From: Nageia nagi
Taxonomy: Eukaryota > Plantae > Pinophyta
Direction of reading: 5' to 3'
DNA length: 64,000 nt
Assembly (NCBI GenBank): GCA_050084985.1
Contig: JBITNC010000001.1
Location: 124,496,001 to 124,560,000, forward strand
The translations under genes were made by a program, and so were the position numbers. Below the pieces are notes generated by a model that saw nothing but the letters and a program-made list of their open reading frames with translations, did no database searches and was not told the DNA's origin. How positions within the stretch are numbered: position 1 is the stretch's first letter; every line of letters begins with the position of its first letter. Of this stretch, positions 27,411 through 40,837 are shown in pieces.

Positions 27411-27881
27411 TGTGAGAGTTGAACTATAAACTAAACAACTCTAAACTCCCAAAATCACATGCTCACAAATCACATCTAAATAACTCACAAAGCAATCTCC
27501 CAAAGATAACTCAAGATGTAAGTGGTTCCTCCAACTAGGAGTACATCCACTAACTAGATCTCACTTCATTCACAATATGAACTCTTACAAACTTTCTAAC
27601 CTCAAATCCTAAACACTGTCCACTAGCATAACTTTACTCCACAAATTGGTATATGATCCAAAGAGGGAGCCTTCTATTTATAGGTCAAAATCCCTCTTTG
27701 GATCACCCTTTTACCCAATGTACAAAAGCATCACATGCACATCCTTTTACCCAAGGGGCATGCTCATGACATGGAGTGCAGGACAAGTTACATTATCATA
27801 TTCACTTAAATACTTAAGGTATCAAATGATACCCTTAAGTATTAGTGAACTTACATAGAAGATTATTACAAAACCTTTACA
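27411..27881 (-). mobile_element. Solo LTR related to the LTRs of the copia at 54523-63194
   Basis: TG...CA ends; shared CTATAAATAG, GTGGATGTACTCC and GGAGGAACCAC blocks; similar length (about 470 bp); no TSD visible. Confidence 0.75.
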
Positions 27882-30800
27882 ATAATGCATTATACATTCC
27901 AACAAGTTTCTTCCTAGGGGGCACTTCCTCCTCCTCCTCTTCATCTTCATCTTCAGACTCCACAAATTTGCCTTTCTTCCTTCGGGTTGCTTCACTATCA
28001 TCACCTTCAGATAAGAGTCCTCCAAGTCTGAGAAACAACAATAATCGGGGGTGTGATGGGCGCACCGTTCTTCACTCGTGTGTTTCATGCAAGTTGCTCT
28101 TCTCCCCACCTACCCTACCGAAGTCTGAGTCTTGCGATCCATCTTTACAGATTACCTTCCAATTCTCTTCTGCATTACAGCGGATTTTCTTTACCAGTCT
28201 TTCCATCGTCATTGTCTTCTCCTAGAAAATTCTCTTCCTTTCCTTCCATACTTCCCATAGCATATGAGGGAGTATCATAGCTCCTCTTTTTGCCTCCTTT
28301 CCAGAGACATTCGGCGGCCATTTAGAGATTGATTTAGTGATATCAATTCCAAGTTCAAATCTTTTTTCACCCAGAATTCCTCTCCAAACTTCCTGAGTAA
28401 AAGGGCGAAATTAGCACAGATGATCCACTAGCTCCTCTGCTTTATAACACAATGAGCAACTACTAACTAAGATTTGTCTTCTCTTTCTTAAGTTGTCAAT
28501 AGTGGATATTCATTATCTAAAGACTAACCACAGGAAGTGAGTAACCTTTGGAATGACACCTTTTATCTATACTTTCTTGATTGGAAAATCGCTCACCTAC
28601 CTCTAGAAGAGCTAGATATCCAGATTTAACTGTGTACATGCCTCCTGTACCTTGTTTCCACCTTGGGATGTCAAGCCTGTAGTCTATAGGCAAGGGTGTT
28701 GAAACCAAATATTGTTGACTTTACCCGTGGCAGTAGCGAGGTCAATACCTGGGGGCCGTAGTACCTTCTACGCTCTCTGCTTATTACTGTCATCCATATA
28801 ACATTGGGCTTTCCAACCAACGTTGTTCCTACCCCACCTAGCCAGGTCGAATAGGTTGGAAACCTGAATGAGAGGCTTGCCACCTATCCATTCATCATCC
28901 CAAAACTGAACATCTCGATTGTTGCCAATGCACCAGGAGAAATTCTCCCTCAGGAGATGCCTTATCTTGGAGAGGCCTTTCTAGAAGGCCAAACCTTGTT
29001 TATTCCACTCTATTTGAATGAAGTTTGATCCTTTCGTCAGAGATTTATGGTAGCAAATACTTACCCACTTTCTTTCCTCACTAGTACTTACCTTACATGC
29101 CACTTTTCCCCATAGCGCCATATTAAATTGTTGCAAACTACACAGCCCAAGCCTGCCTTGACTTTGGCTTGCACACCTTGGCCCAACTTACTAAGGCTAT
29201 TCTTTTCTTTTCTTCTATGCTCGTCCAAAAAAACCAGTTACATATTTGATCAATTTGGTCGCAAATACTTACCAGAATTTCGAATATTGATGCACAGTAC
29301 ACATGCATACTCTACAATACTATTTTAACCAGTAGACATTTTCTAGCTAAAGATAGAATTGCACCTTTCCAACCTACAAGTTTTTTCTAAAATCTCTCAA
29401 TCAAGGGCAGCCATAAGTTCTTTCCAGATGGGCCAACAAATAATGGCATCCCTAAATAGATCGTAGGTAGATCTCCAATCTAGCAATTAAAGATACTTGC
29501 TATCTTTCTTTGCCTACCAACTGGAGTGTGAATGAAGAAAAGCTTACTTTTATCATAGTTTATCTTCTGCTGTGAAGCTCCTTCATAGAGCTTAAGGATT
29601 TTCAAGTAATTTCTTGCTTCAACTTGCCTTTCCCACAATTTTTGTGTCATCCACAAACTGACTATGAGTACTAATTACGGCTGCTCTTGTGAGTTTGATT
29701 CCACAAATTTTTCCAGCATTTCTCCAATTCCCGATTCTTCTTCCCAAGGCTTCGACCATCATGATGAATAGATATGGGGAAATTGGATCGCCCTATCTTA
29801 ATCCCCTTTTTGAACGAAAGAAGCTCGTAGCCTCTCCATTGATTAGAACAGAGTAAGAAGCTTTAGATATGCATTGTTGAATCTAGGATCTCCAGGTTAT
29901 TGAGAATTCGAATTTCTCACAGTCTCTCCAAAAAGGACCAATTAACTATGTCGTATGCTTTCTACATATCCAGTTTCAATAGGAAGGTTGTCATATTTTT
30001 AGTTTGAGCTAAGTGTAAAACTTCATGCATCTCATTAAATTTCTACAATCTATCTACCTTGTACAAATCCCCCTTGCTTTGGAGAAATTAGGTGAGGGAG
30101 TATCAACTTGAGTCTGTTGGCCAAATTTTTGGTTAGGATTTTATATACCACATTACACAAACTAATCGAACGGAATTGTCTGAAATCCTTGGCATCCAAC
30201 TCTTTGGGGATTAGAGCCAAAAAGGTAGCATTCCATGCTTTGAGTAGTTTCCCAAAAGATTGGATTTCTCTTATTGCATCAGAGACTTCTGCTCCCACAA
30301 TCCCCCAAAATCTCTGAAAAAACTCAACAAGAAATCCATCTGGGCCTGGGGATTTATTGTGGGCCATGGAGAAAATAGTATGCTCTATTTCTGCATCAGA
30401 AAAAGTCATTGTGAGTCTCCTATTTTGTTCATCAGATACCAACTTCAAAATATTCTCCAGAATTTCCTCCATCTGGGTATTATCCAGTTCTTCTTCCATG
30501 GACAGGAATTGATGAAAGAATCTAGTTCATGTTTCTTTAATTCCTCTGATGTCTTGCATAAGATCACCCTGGGCATTCTTGACTTCCAAGATTTTGTTCT
30601 TTGCTCTGTGCTTAAATGTTGTCATTTTGAAGAATATTGTGTTATAGTCACCTCCTTGGAGCCATGTTACTCTGGATTTTTGCCTCCATTTAGTTTTCTC
30701 TCTCGCCAAAGTATTATGCAAATCACATAATACTTCTTTTTCTTCTTGTTTAAGCTCATTTAATAACCCCATAGTTTCCATTTTGACTCTGAGTTCCTCT

Positions 30801-31279
30801 ATCCTTACCTTTAGGGATTCCTTTTTTTCTTCTACCCTTTCGATTACAGATTTTGATTTATTTCTTCATATTCTGTAATTTCTTTGCCATCTTGTACATT
30901 TTGTTCTTGTAGATAGGCATATTCCACCATTGTCTTATTCTTTCTTCTAACTCAAGGTGACTCAACCACATGTTTTCAAATCGGAACGGATGGTTTTATT
31001 AGAGCAATCTTCGATATCATAGAGAAGCGCATTGTGATCTGACCCCACCCGCAAAAAGGCCCATAGTTGGTACTCTAGGAATTCATTTATCCATTCCTGG
31101 GATACCATAATTCTATCTAATTTACACATGATTAATTTCCCCCTACTTGTTTGTTCGTCCATGTGTACTTGGTTCCGTGGATTCGCAAGTCTGATAAACC
31201 AGTGTTACTTAGGAAATTATTTAGATCTTTCATTCTTGATAGCTAGGGCCCATCTAATTTCCCTCCTGATTTCTCTTTT

Positions 31280-31961
31280 GAACACAGTGGATTATTACTC
31301 TTCTACGGTCCATCGGACAACAAGTTTTAGCGGTGCTAAGTAACCTACCCTAGGCGCAACGTCTAGAGGGCATTCAAGCTGAGGGATCCTATTTGTCTAC
31401 GGCACTAGTGTAGCACCTTTTCCCAACCGGTGGAAATTCGAGAATTTGCTTCTACTTTCAGTGGTTATCCAGAGTTCAAGGAAGGCTCCTTTGATGGAGA
31501 GGATTCAAGGTCTGAGGGAGCATTTCTATCCCATGGTTCCGTGGTTCTTCCAATAATTGAGGAGATTCATCATTGTGCCCTAGTTGGCTCCCAAGAGGGC
31601 AACAACTACCCCTAGGGCTTGGTATTGTATTGTATTGCTCCATATCATTTGTATATTGCCAAGGGCAATTGGATCTCAAGCTTGTGTTACATTGTCTCAT
31701 CTTATGCATGCGTTGGATCATTGTTGTTATATATGCTTGTATCTACCATTCGTTGGCATTAAGATGCATTATTCATTGAATGTTGTATGTTATAGCTAGA
31801 CGTTGGCATCTTATTGTTGTGAATTTGTAATGCTAATACCCTAACCCTAACGTTGCATCTTGGAGGGTTTGATTGCATGTTGTGGATGCCCTAGGCCTAA
31901 TGTCAAGGTTTGTAGGTTGGAATTAAGTGTTTTTTATTGGAGGTCCATTTGGAACATCACA
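31280..31961 (+). mobile_element. 5'-truncated LTR of the 7143/19472 family
   Basis: Similar to 20000-20734; ends CATCACA; sits between the LINE endonuclease and ORF1, with an associated deletion. Confidence 0.7.
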
Positions 31962-33184
31962 CATACCCAGTTTCTACTTCCAGAGTAATTGAGTCTGGGA
32001 GTTTTACTCCGAATTCAATGATGATGCAGAATCGTGCTGTCACCATTCTAGATCATGCTTTTGTTACTTCATCGGTCGTGACGAATCTTCCAAAGGAATT
32101 CCCAATTCCCTCAAATACTTTTTGATGCCATAGATCGAAGGGGAGGTTTGGCAGGGACACACATATGGGTGCTTTCATTATTTGTGCCTATAATGGGTTA
32201 AAGTCAGGTCACCATGACTCCAGGAACAATCCTCTATTGCCAATGAACCAAGCTGAGCTTAGAATTTCATTTTGATCTTCCTCATTGCTAAAAGCGAATA
32301 ACATATAATCATTGGGTAACGCTATGATATCCAAACTTCCTCTGAGCTTCCATTTGAATTTTGCCTATCGTCGAACATCATCAATATTCGAGCGTACCTT
32401 TTGGACTTTACCGATCAAGCTCAATCTTCCTCTTGCTGCAATTTGATTCGTCACTACCTGCAAGATTTTTAGTTTCAATTTTCCATTTGCACAGTCGTAG
32501 CCCGTAGTGGAAGTCCAATATCTACCTTTGCTTCCTGAGAGAATAGTTCCCTCCAAGGTTTCTGCTTTTCCATATTAGCTCCTCATTCGTTATCTAAATT
32601 TCCAAGGGCCTTGATTAGGGAATAGTTACAGAAAAAATAAATTGCATTTAGCCTATTCGCATTCTATTTGATAAATAAAGTTTACTTATTAATTACATTA
32701 TACTTAATAGATAATTTAACTTAAATAAAGTGTATTTAATTCAATTAAGTTTATTTATTATTTAATCAAAATATAAATTTTATATTTATCATTTATTTTA
32801 TTTTATTAAATTAAAATATATATGTATACAAAATTAAATATATTTAATTTATTTAATAAATACTTAATTGATACATTCTAAATTAAATTATAATTGATTT
32901 TAAATTATGCGTATGTATGGAAGAAATTAGATTCTATAGCATACTATCAAAGATTCAAATGTGATTTAACCATTTATGTTATTTATATTTTATAATTTGA
33001 TTTTTTTTGTAAATTTTACCCACATTTCCCCATCCCCAATACTTGTGTAAGCTTGATAAAACAACAAAGACACATGCTTTCAAAATGCAATTGAAAATCC
33101 ACTGCTACAATCTTTGGGTATGGGTTCTCAAAGTCTAGAAGTAACTTAAAGGAATTAATACAAACTAGCATTTATCTTTGCCAC

Positions 33185-35265
33185 CATTCAGGGCAAGGGG
33201 ACAAGCAGGTTTTCGCAAAGATCATCGTACCATTGACCATATCCTCACCCTTTGAGCAATCATTGAGGAGGCCAAGTTCCGAAAATCCCCGATCTTCAGT
33301 TGCTTCATAGACTTCACAAAGACCATTGACACAATCACTCAACACTAACTAATGGATAGACTTAAACAATTGGGGATTCTTGAGATGGGCATTACAACTA
33401 TTTTGACTCTTTATGAATCCTTATTGCGATAGGTACGTACCATTGAGGGTCTCTCCGATAGCATCCACAATACCATTGGGGTGAAATAGGGTTGCTCGCT
33501 CTCCCCAGCTATCTTTGGCCTTTATATTGATGAGTTGGAGCCATTTATATTCAAAGACCATTGATTCCTACATAGGGTGCTTCCTCCATGGTAGTTGAGT
33601 CCCCATCATCCTCTTTGTAGATGACATTATCTTGCTCTCACACACAATGGATGTCTTAGACTTGTTCAACAATAGATAGGAATTAGTGGTAAATCTCAAT
33701 AAAACTAATGTAGTGGCCTTCAATACCTCGAAGGCCACAATTGACCAGACCCAAATCATATTCAACGGAAAGGTTATTGAGATTATCACCTCCTACACTT
33801 ATTTGGGAGTACTCTTCACTAATCCTAGATTCTCGATGAGGTTAACAGCCTCACCCAGAGTTTGTCAAGGATATGCAGCAGTTGCCTCCCTTGAGAGACA
33901 TTGTTTCCAGCTCGACTCCTACAACATCCGGTCCAAGCTTGAGCTCTTCTACATTTTGCTCACCCCACAATGCTTTGTGGTGTTGAGGTATGGGGGCCTA
34001 GTTTGAGGAGCTCAGACTGGACCACAATTAAGAGGATCTTGGTTAGCACATTTTCTTGCTCCATTCAGAGTAAGAGGAACATCCCACATCACATCATGTT
34101 GGTTGAGTTTGGTTGCCAGCCTCTATAGTTGTGGTCCCTTACAGCATTGATTTGTTTTCTCCATCGTCTACATAGCTTTGTGTCTATTGGTAGAGGGGTG
34201 GATTGACTTCCCTATAGGGCTTTGGCATCATCAATGGACTTAGCAGCACAATGATGCTATTGGTGTTGGCTCTTTGAGGTCACTGAGTCTTTACAACACT
34301 TCTGGTTTTCCATGATCAACTACCTATACCTCAAAGGGACTCAATTGACATGGAAACATCGATCAGAGACCCGATTTACAAGGTGTATATTCAATCCACT
34401 TGGATCTCTCCCTAGCATCCCCTCACACCCAAGTTGTTACACTACTCCCAATACTTTCTACAAACTAACAGAGGGTTGATCCTCCGCTCGGATACATTAG
34501 TTTACACCTCCCTCTCTACTTGAGAATGGTTCTTGGCCAGTTCAGAGTGTGCTCCCATTAGCTGCAAATTGAGATTGATCACCATCTAGCACATGAACTT
34601 CAAGTATGTCAATTGTGTTTGATAGAGTAAGAGACTAAGGAGCATTTCATCTTCAGATTCTCGGTTTATTATGAGATCCTGGGACGATACCACTATCTTT
34701 TTCAAGATGCATTGATCGATTTCGCCCTTCTTTCAGTTCCTAGACCAACGTTGTGTGGCACTTTATCTAAGAGAGATGTTCCTTCTCAGGAAGCGTCTCC
34801 TATCCAACGCCTAGCACTTTTACGAGTGACTGCCTAATTACCTCATTTTTTCAAGCTTCTTTGGGAGAGGGAGCATGTAGGAGGAGGCATGATGATCCTC
34901 CTTCGCCTACCCGATGCACCAAACAGCAACTATGTATTGATCCTATTCCTCAAAAGCTTCCATGGATCACATACTTCTTTAGTTTCAGCGATGTCAATGC
35001 GAACATATATACCACAATCCAAGGGGAAACATATATACCACAATCCAAGGGGAACCCAAGAGACCTTCCCACTAACTAATATTGACTACTTTGTTTTGCT
35101 ATTCGCTTATGTGATACTTTTTAGGGTTTATCCTATCTATTATACTTATGTATTGTATTTCTTAGTTTGTTTTCAGTGAGGGCCCTCTAGGGCCGCATAT
35201 GTTGCTTTATACAATTGTACTTCCCATTCCCATTAACCAGTTTTGGTCACCCGTTGACATTAATA
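33185..35265 (+). mobile_element. RTEX/RTE-like LINE, 5'-truncated (RT plus C-terminal Cys/His domain)
   Basis: GQAGFRKDHRTIDHI, CFIDFTK, GVK*GCSLSP, LFVDDI, FRVCSH*LQIEI...CQLC...EHFIF motifs; 3' terminus shared with the copy ending at 13295. Confidence 0.85.
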
Positions 35266-35944
35266 TGATAAAAGTATCTCTGTCAATGCTGCAATGAGTT
35301 CAATATGATAAAATAACCATAATTTAATAAGAGGTGTGTCTCTCACATTTGTGAAGCATGTTGAACAAGATGTAAGCAAAGCTGATTTAACTTATACTCG
35401 ACACACAATCTCTCTGTAAAATCAAGAGAGGAGTTTGATTTAGCACAGTAGGTTATTGTAAAGAAATGACAATCAAAGTGTGGATTTGTGAAATAAAGTG
35501 CTTCCAGTGTTTATATGCCAAAAATCTGGTATTGCTATCAAGCAAAATATGGAGACCATCTTATTGTAACAAATTATTAACAATTCCATTAATAGTCTCA
35601 TTTTTATACTTCATAAGATAAAATTGTTGAATATATGAAGCCTATTTTAAGATGTCATTTTTAACTGTTGATACAAAAACATGAGTTATTCATGATAAGT
35701 ATGTAGGACAGTTTCCTTGTCATAGGATTTAGTGATTTACCCCTCAAGAATGTTAACATTTTAGGAATCTACATGTAGACCCCTGAGGTAACAAGATTCA
35801 AATATTGTATGGATTTTTTTGCAATTAATGACTTGCTTATTTTGTTTTGCATTCTACAATCTACATAGTTGCAGAAGATCAAGAGCAATGCAAACATGTT
35901 CAAGATTATCCTCCAAGTGGCAACTGTAGACCAATATTTTGTCT

Positions 35945-36421
35945 CATAGTTGCAAGGAAATGGATAAGGTACGGGATACGGACATTACATATTTTTCAAG
36001 GATCAAAATCCATTGATAAAGACAAGTATGGATACAATATCTATAAAAAGCACATATACTTGAAAACTTGAAATACTAAAAGAAAAATATTGAACATGAC
36101 AAATATTTTCACAAGTATAAGCTGGTGAGATGACATTTTTCAATTAATGTAAATTGATTAAAATATCAGTTACTGTTATAATCACTTATACTTTATTTCC
36201 TATTAAAATATCAGTTAAACTGAAATTTTCTAATCTCATCTTGGTGATACGGCTACATAAACAGTTGTTTGTATCCATGTGTATCTCATGTGGCATGGAT
36301 ACAAGTACACATTAGGGTACATCCAGATATGGTATTCGGGATGTATTTGTGCAATATTGAATTTCTATATGTACCTGATACGTGCATATACCCGAGCAAG
36401 GAGGAGTATAGAGTAACTCTG
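35945..36421. mobile_element. Non-autonomous hAT element (MITE)
   Basis: TIRs CATAGTTGC / CAGAGTTAC, 8-bp TSD TTTTGTCT / TTTTATCT, subterminal GATAC(G)/GTATC repeats. Confidence 0.8.
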
Positions 36422-37595
36422 TTTTATCTAGATACAATATTATCAATTTCCCCAAATGTTGGTGAAATATATAATGGATTATCAGCATTTATGTTGCCAA
36501 ACAATTAGTAAGGGCTCAGTGTTGGAAATCACCCTTCTAGCCAAGACTTTGAATGACTGCATGAGATTTTAAACTGAGAATATCACTTGATTATCCATGA
36601 ATCATTCCTTCCATCCTGCTGATTGGCACTAGATTATCACCTTAAATATGGAGATCTCAGATAACACATAAACATGTATAAAACCATGGCTAGGCAAGAA
36701 GAAAGATAACACACAAACATTCTAGCAGCTGCAAGCTAGAAGCTCTTGACCATTACAGTGAGAGAATTGTCCTTAACAGAATCCTACATCCACTGATATG
36801 GAAAGGAGAATCAGGAAGCCCTGAAGGAAAGATTGGATAAGGACAAGAGTGAAACCAGCTTCTGTTGTTACAAATTCCTACATTACAAACAAATCATGTA
36901 ACAGGTAAGTACAGATCCATATCATGCCTTAGATGTTGTTATTGCATGATTGTGATATTCAAGTCCTAGGTGTTTAGGGTGCTAATTCTATTCTAAGTTT
37001 TTACATGGGTAATGATCCCATTTGACAGAGAGTCCTAGTAAAACAAACTCAGTTTATTGCTTGCAGTGAAAAAGTTGATTGAGGGTGTAAGAAAGGGATT
37101 TAGAAAGAGAAAATTTTGTTTTTATTTCATGGTGGATCGGGCTCAGTTTGTGAACTTACATGATCTAGAAAATTATTAGTCATGACTACTTTCTTTAAAA
37201 TTTACCCATTGGGTAAGGATACAAACTTATCTTTGTAAACAACAGTTTGATGAAACTTATACAAGGAACTCTTTATTATCAACAGAAGAGCACTGAGGGA
37301 CTCTACACAAAACCCTTTCTGAAACCGTTGACAGTTGCATGCAATTTAATATGGAAATAAAACCCTTACCTCCCACCCACGTCTCAATAGATTTACGACA
37401 CCAGACCTATACTAAATGTTATCTGAAGAATTGTTTTCTTTCTTCTCATTTGGTTGATCTGTAATGGAGAACCTTCAGGCCTTAAAATGACAAACCAACA
37501 ACAAAATCTGATATCCAACAGGAGTTGATGTATAATGATCAATGTCACAAGCTGGTGCGAAAAATTGCAAATTAGTATTTTTTTTTATATTGATA

Positions 37596-38155
37596 TCTTA
37601 ATTGTATTACCAGGCTCCAGTCTCTTATCAAATTCAATTTTGGCGCTTCATTGCAACTCATGTACACCAGTAGATAAACTAACATTTAGTAGTCAATTAG
37701 TTGGATTCTTCACTTTTAGAATCAGTATTCGGTTTCGGGCAGTTCAGGAGGTGATTTAGAATTCGAGTTTTATGAGAGAGATGCGCATAATCGCATAATC
37801 TCTGTAATGCTCTGTTTTGATGTATATATTGGGATTTCTAAGTAATACAAAAGAGATACATTGTTGTGGAGTGTAGTCTTAATTGTATGACCAGGCTCCA
37901 GTCTCTTATCAAATTCAATTTTGGCACTTCATCGCAACTCAGGTACTCCAGTAGATAAACTAACATTTAGGAGTCAATTAGTTGGATTCTTCACTTTTAG
38001 AATCAGTATTCGGTTTTAGGCGGTTCAGGAGGTGACTTAGAATTAGATTTTATAAGAGAGATGCGCATAATCTCTGTAATGCTCTATTTTGATGTATATA
38101 TTGGGATTTCTAAGTAATACAAAAGAGATACATTGTTGTGGAGTGTAGTATCTTA
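37596..38155. repeat. Tandem duplication of an approximately 280-bp unit
   Basis: 37596-37876 repeated at about 37877-38150 with scattered substitutions. Confidence 0.93.
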
Positions 38156-38303
38156 GAATCCCTTCTCTCTAAAGCACCTCAGGTAAATTGCGTCCATCAA
38201 CACGGTTACCAATAAACCATTCTTTTAACTGCCATAACTTGTACTCCTAAAGCAAGAACAACATGGAATATAAGAATAATCTCAACATAATTTTGACACT
38301 CAC

Positions 38304-38377
38304 CTAACTCATCAAGTTCAACAACAAAAGGTTTCACTCCAAGTTCCTGAAACAAGCCTTTTGCCTCCTGACAATAC
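38304..38377 (-). CDS. GRX: Glutaredoxin coding exon 2
   Basis: Acceptor TGCAG|G TAT TGT completes WCPYC; encodes YCQEAKGLFQELGVKPFVVELDEL(G); donor G|GTGAG. Confidence 0.95.
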
Positions 38378-40837
38378 CTGCAATGATAATAGAACATTTC
38401 AGTTAATGACCTTATTTGCCCTAGTGATCAAAAAATGAAGTGTTATGAACTCACAAATCTTAGTCTGGTGTAATTCTTTCCACATATATAACAAGTGAAA
38501 CCAAGATTGTTGTCTTGTAGAATATATTTGTCTGAAGAGAATAATGAAGTGAGTTTGAAAACTTTGATAAAGTTGGTAAGGTGGTGAAAATATTTCTCAA
38601 ACAAGGAAATCAGTTAAATTGGATGCACACAATAGTATTTTTCTGGTTTTTATTCATGGACTAAAGTCCCAAATGGAAGCCACTCTTACAAGGAGCATGC
38701 TTTCTAGTACGTTATGAGATTATCATGTATATCATCAACTTAGCCCATATTGCTTCTAAAAACTCATTCTGTAATTGAGGTATTATATTGGTCAAAACTC
38801 TTCATCAGTCAATTCAATTCAAACAATACTCGATGTCCAAGAGGATAAAGTCTCTATCCAAGGAATAAAACTGCAACAAGTGAGACAAAATCTGGGCATA
38901 GATAGAGGCCTATAAAGCCAGGTGTACATATATGGCTGGATCCTTCTATATTTACTACATGTAAGTCCCTTGAATAGACATCCTCTGGATTCAGCAGGCC
39001 ATTCCACATCACAATTACATCCTAGACAGCAGGATGGCATCGAAACCATGAGAATTGGTGGAAAATGTCAATTAATGAACCATATCCCATTGCACATACA
39101 TTCCACGGCTTATTGAAAGAACATAGGCAAAGACTCAATTCTACAAAAAAAGAAGAAAGGCATTACATAGTTTTTGATAGATAGTTAGTTCTCAGCGGGT
39201 GATGGTTAGGACTCAATACACTAACCCGCATTTATTACCACATCTCATGTTCAAAGTTCTGCAGCAGGGAAATTCTCCAACAAGAAATACCCAATGTTCA
39301 CCTTGAGTTTTGGTCTTTTGTATGAGATCATCACCACCAACCAGTAACAGTAATCTTGTCCAAACTTCAGTCACCAATCACTGCAGGCCTCTCACAGCTA
39401 AAGGTTTAACATTGTTATAACTTATACCTACATACACACCTAGAAGACTTTGTCATTGTACCCTACAAGAGAATTTAATATTTACCCTAGTCAATTAGGT
39501 GACAAATGCTCATTATAGGCATTTGGTTTTTGAAAACATATCATATCTTTCGTATTAATAAAAATACAATTGTTAAAGACTCCTGAAAAATAAATGGAAT
39601 CAAATCACACCCAATGGCTGTCAAACTGATCCAAAATCATATTACAAAGCAACAAAATTAACCATGGCCAAACGACAACAGTCATAATATTGAATAACCT
39701 CCACACAAAAAATATATATATATATCTGACATGGCAACCACCTCTACAAGTGGCCCACATTCCAAATAGTATCCAGGGCTGAGACTTGCTAATGTATAAC
39801 TACAACAACAAAATGCCTAGTGGACTGCTACCAATGATGATGTGAAAACTACACTTTGAGGTGCAGAGAATCTGCATACTCATATTCCACGAAAGCCCCA
39901 TTTCTCCTTGAGGTACCAGTTGAAGAACATCAAGAAATTAGTTAGCATTGAAGTGATGGTGCAATAAACGGTATAGTTGTTTCCAGCAAATAGTACCACT
40001 TCTATAGTGTGCACTTTGGTGATTGGCGGTTGCAGGTTCAAATCTCGCGGCATGAAATAAACAGGTGCAGGTTCCATACGCACCCCTAGTTGCCTCTATT
40101 TTGCAGTAAAAGAAGTTTCAGGAGGTCTTCTCAAGAAAAAATTAGAAGGCAAGAGGCCATTTCAAAATATTTGTAGGAACCATCAGCGCTCACAAAGAGC
40201 TCACTAAGGTTCAATTTCCTGTCGATGCATTATATGCGAGGATTAATACCTGGGTCACTTTGACAAAATGGATTCTTTCTCTACATGATGATATTATCAG
40301 TCTAATGTGACGCAAAGATCCCACTATGTACTCATTGTATCCCCCTCAACCCAAACAAAGGGAAGATCCGGAGCCTCTATAGTTTAAGAAGTAACTTTTA
40401 AGCTTCTGAAGGGAAGGGAAGGGAACCTGGAGGTAAGTGGGTATCGCTTTGAGTTAACACTGACTAATGTCAATTTCTTCTCCTCCTACTTATCCAGCAT
40501 TTTGCAGTTTAATTTTTCTCCTCAATTATTTCCGAAATCTTTTGTTTCTAATTAGTTTTTACAAGCAAATTCTATGAAAGAGCATGCGTTGCTTACACTC
40601 CTGTTTATGCAGCTACTGTTAGAAGATTTAGAATGGAACCCCGCCCTTTTCATGGTAGTTTGAATTCAAAAGTAACAGAAAACTGCAAGGAAATAAGGTT
40701 GCAATAAATCACATACATAGAGTAAACATGTGGATCGTAATTACTCTCCTGCAAACGATCCCAAGTTCGCCAACAGCAGATTAATAGACAACCCAAAAAT
40801 TCAAAAACAGAGAAGAAGAAGAATAATCAACACTTAC

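Larger units (their letters stand above)
26711..32664 (-). mobile_element. L1-type LINE bounded by TSDs, decayed, with two nested LTR sequences
   Basis: 16-bp TSD TATTTGATAAATAAAG (26695-26710 / 32665-32680), poly(A) at 26711; ORF1 DUF4283-like (about 31962-32560), endonuclease (KLDR...GSDHNAL), RT (KSPGPDGF, ISLCNVVYKI), zf-RVT (CSLC...DHL), then an acidic low-complexity 3' ORF. Confidence 0.9.

Noticed and set aside
39192-39331. Intronic box C/D snoRNA candidate on the minus strand (GTGATGA...CTGA)
   Set aside because: Long for a C/D snoRNA, no clear terminal stem, and only a 10-nt match with a mismatch to an 18S-like motif; needs snoscan or Rfam evidence.
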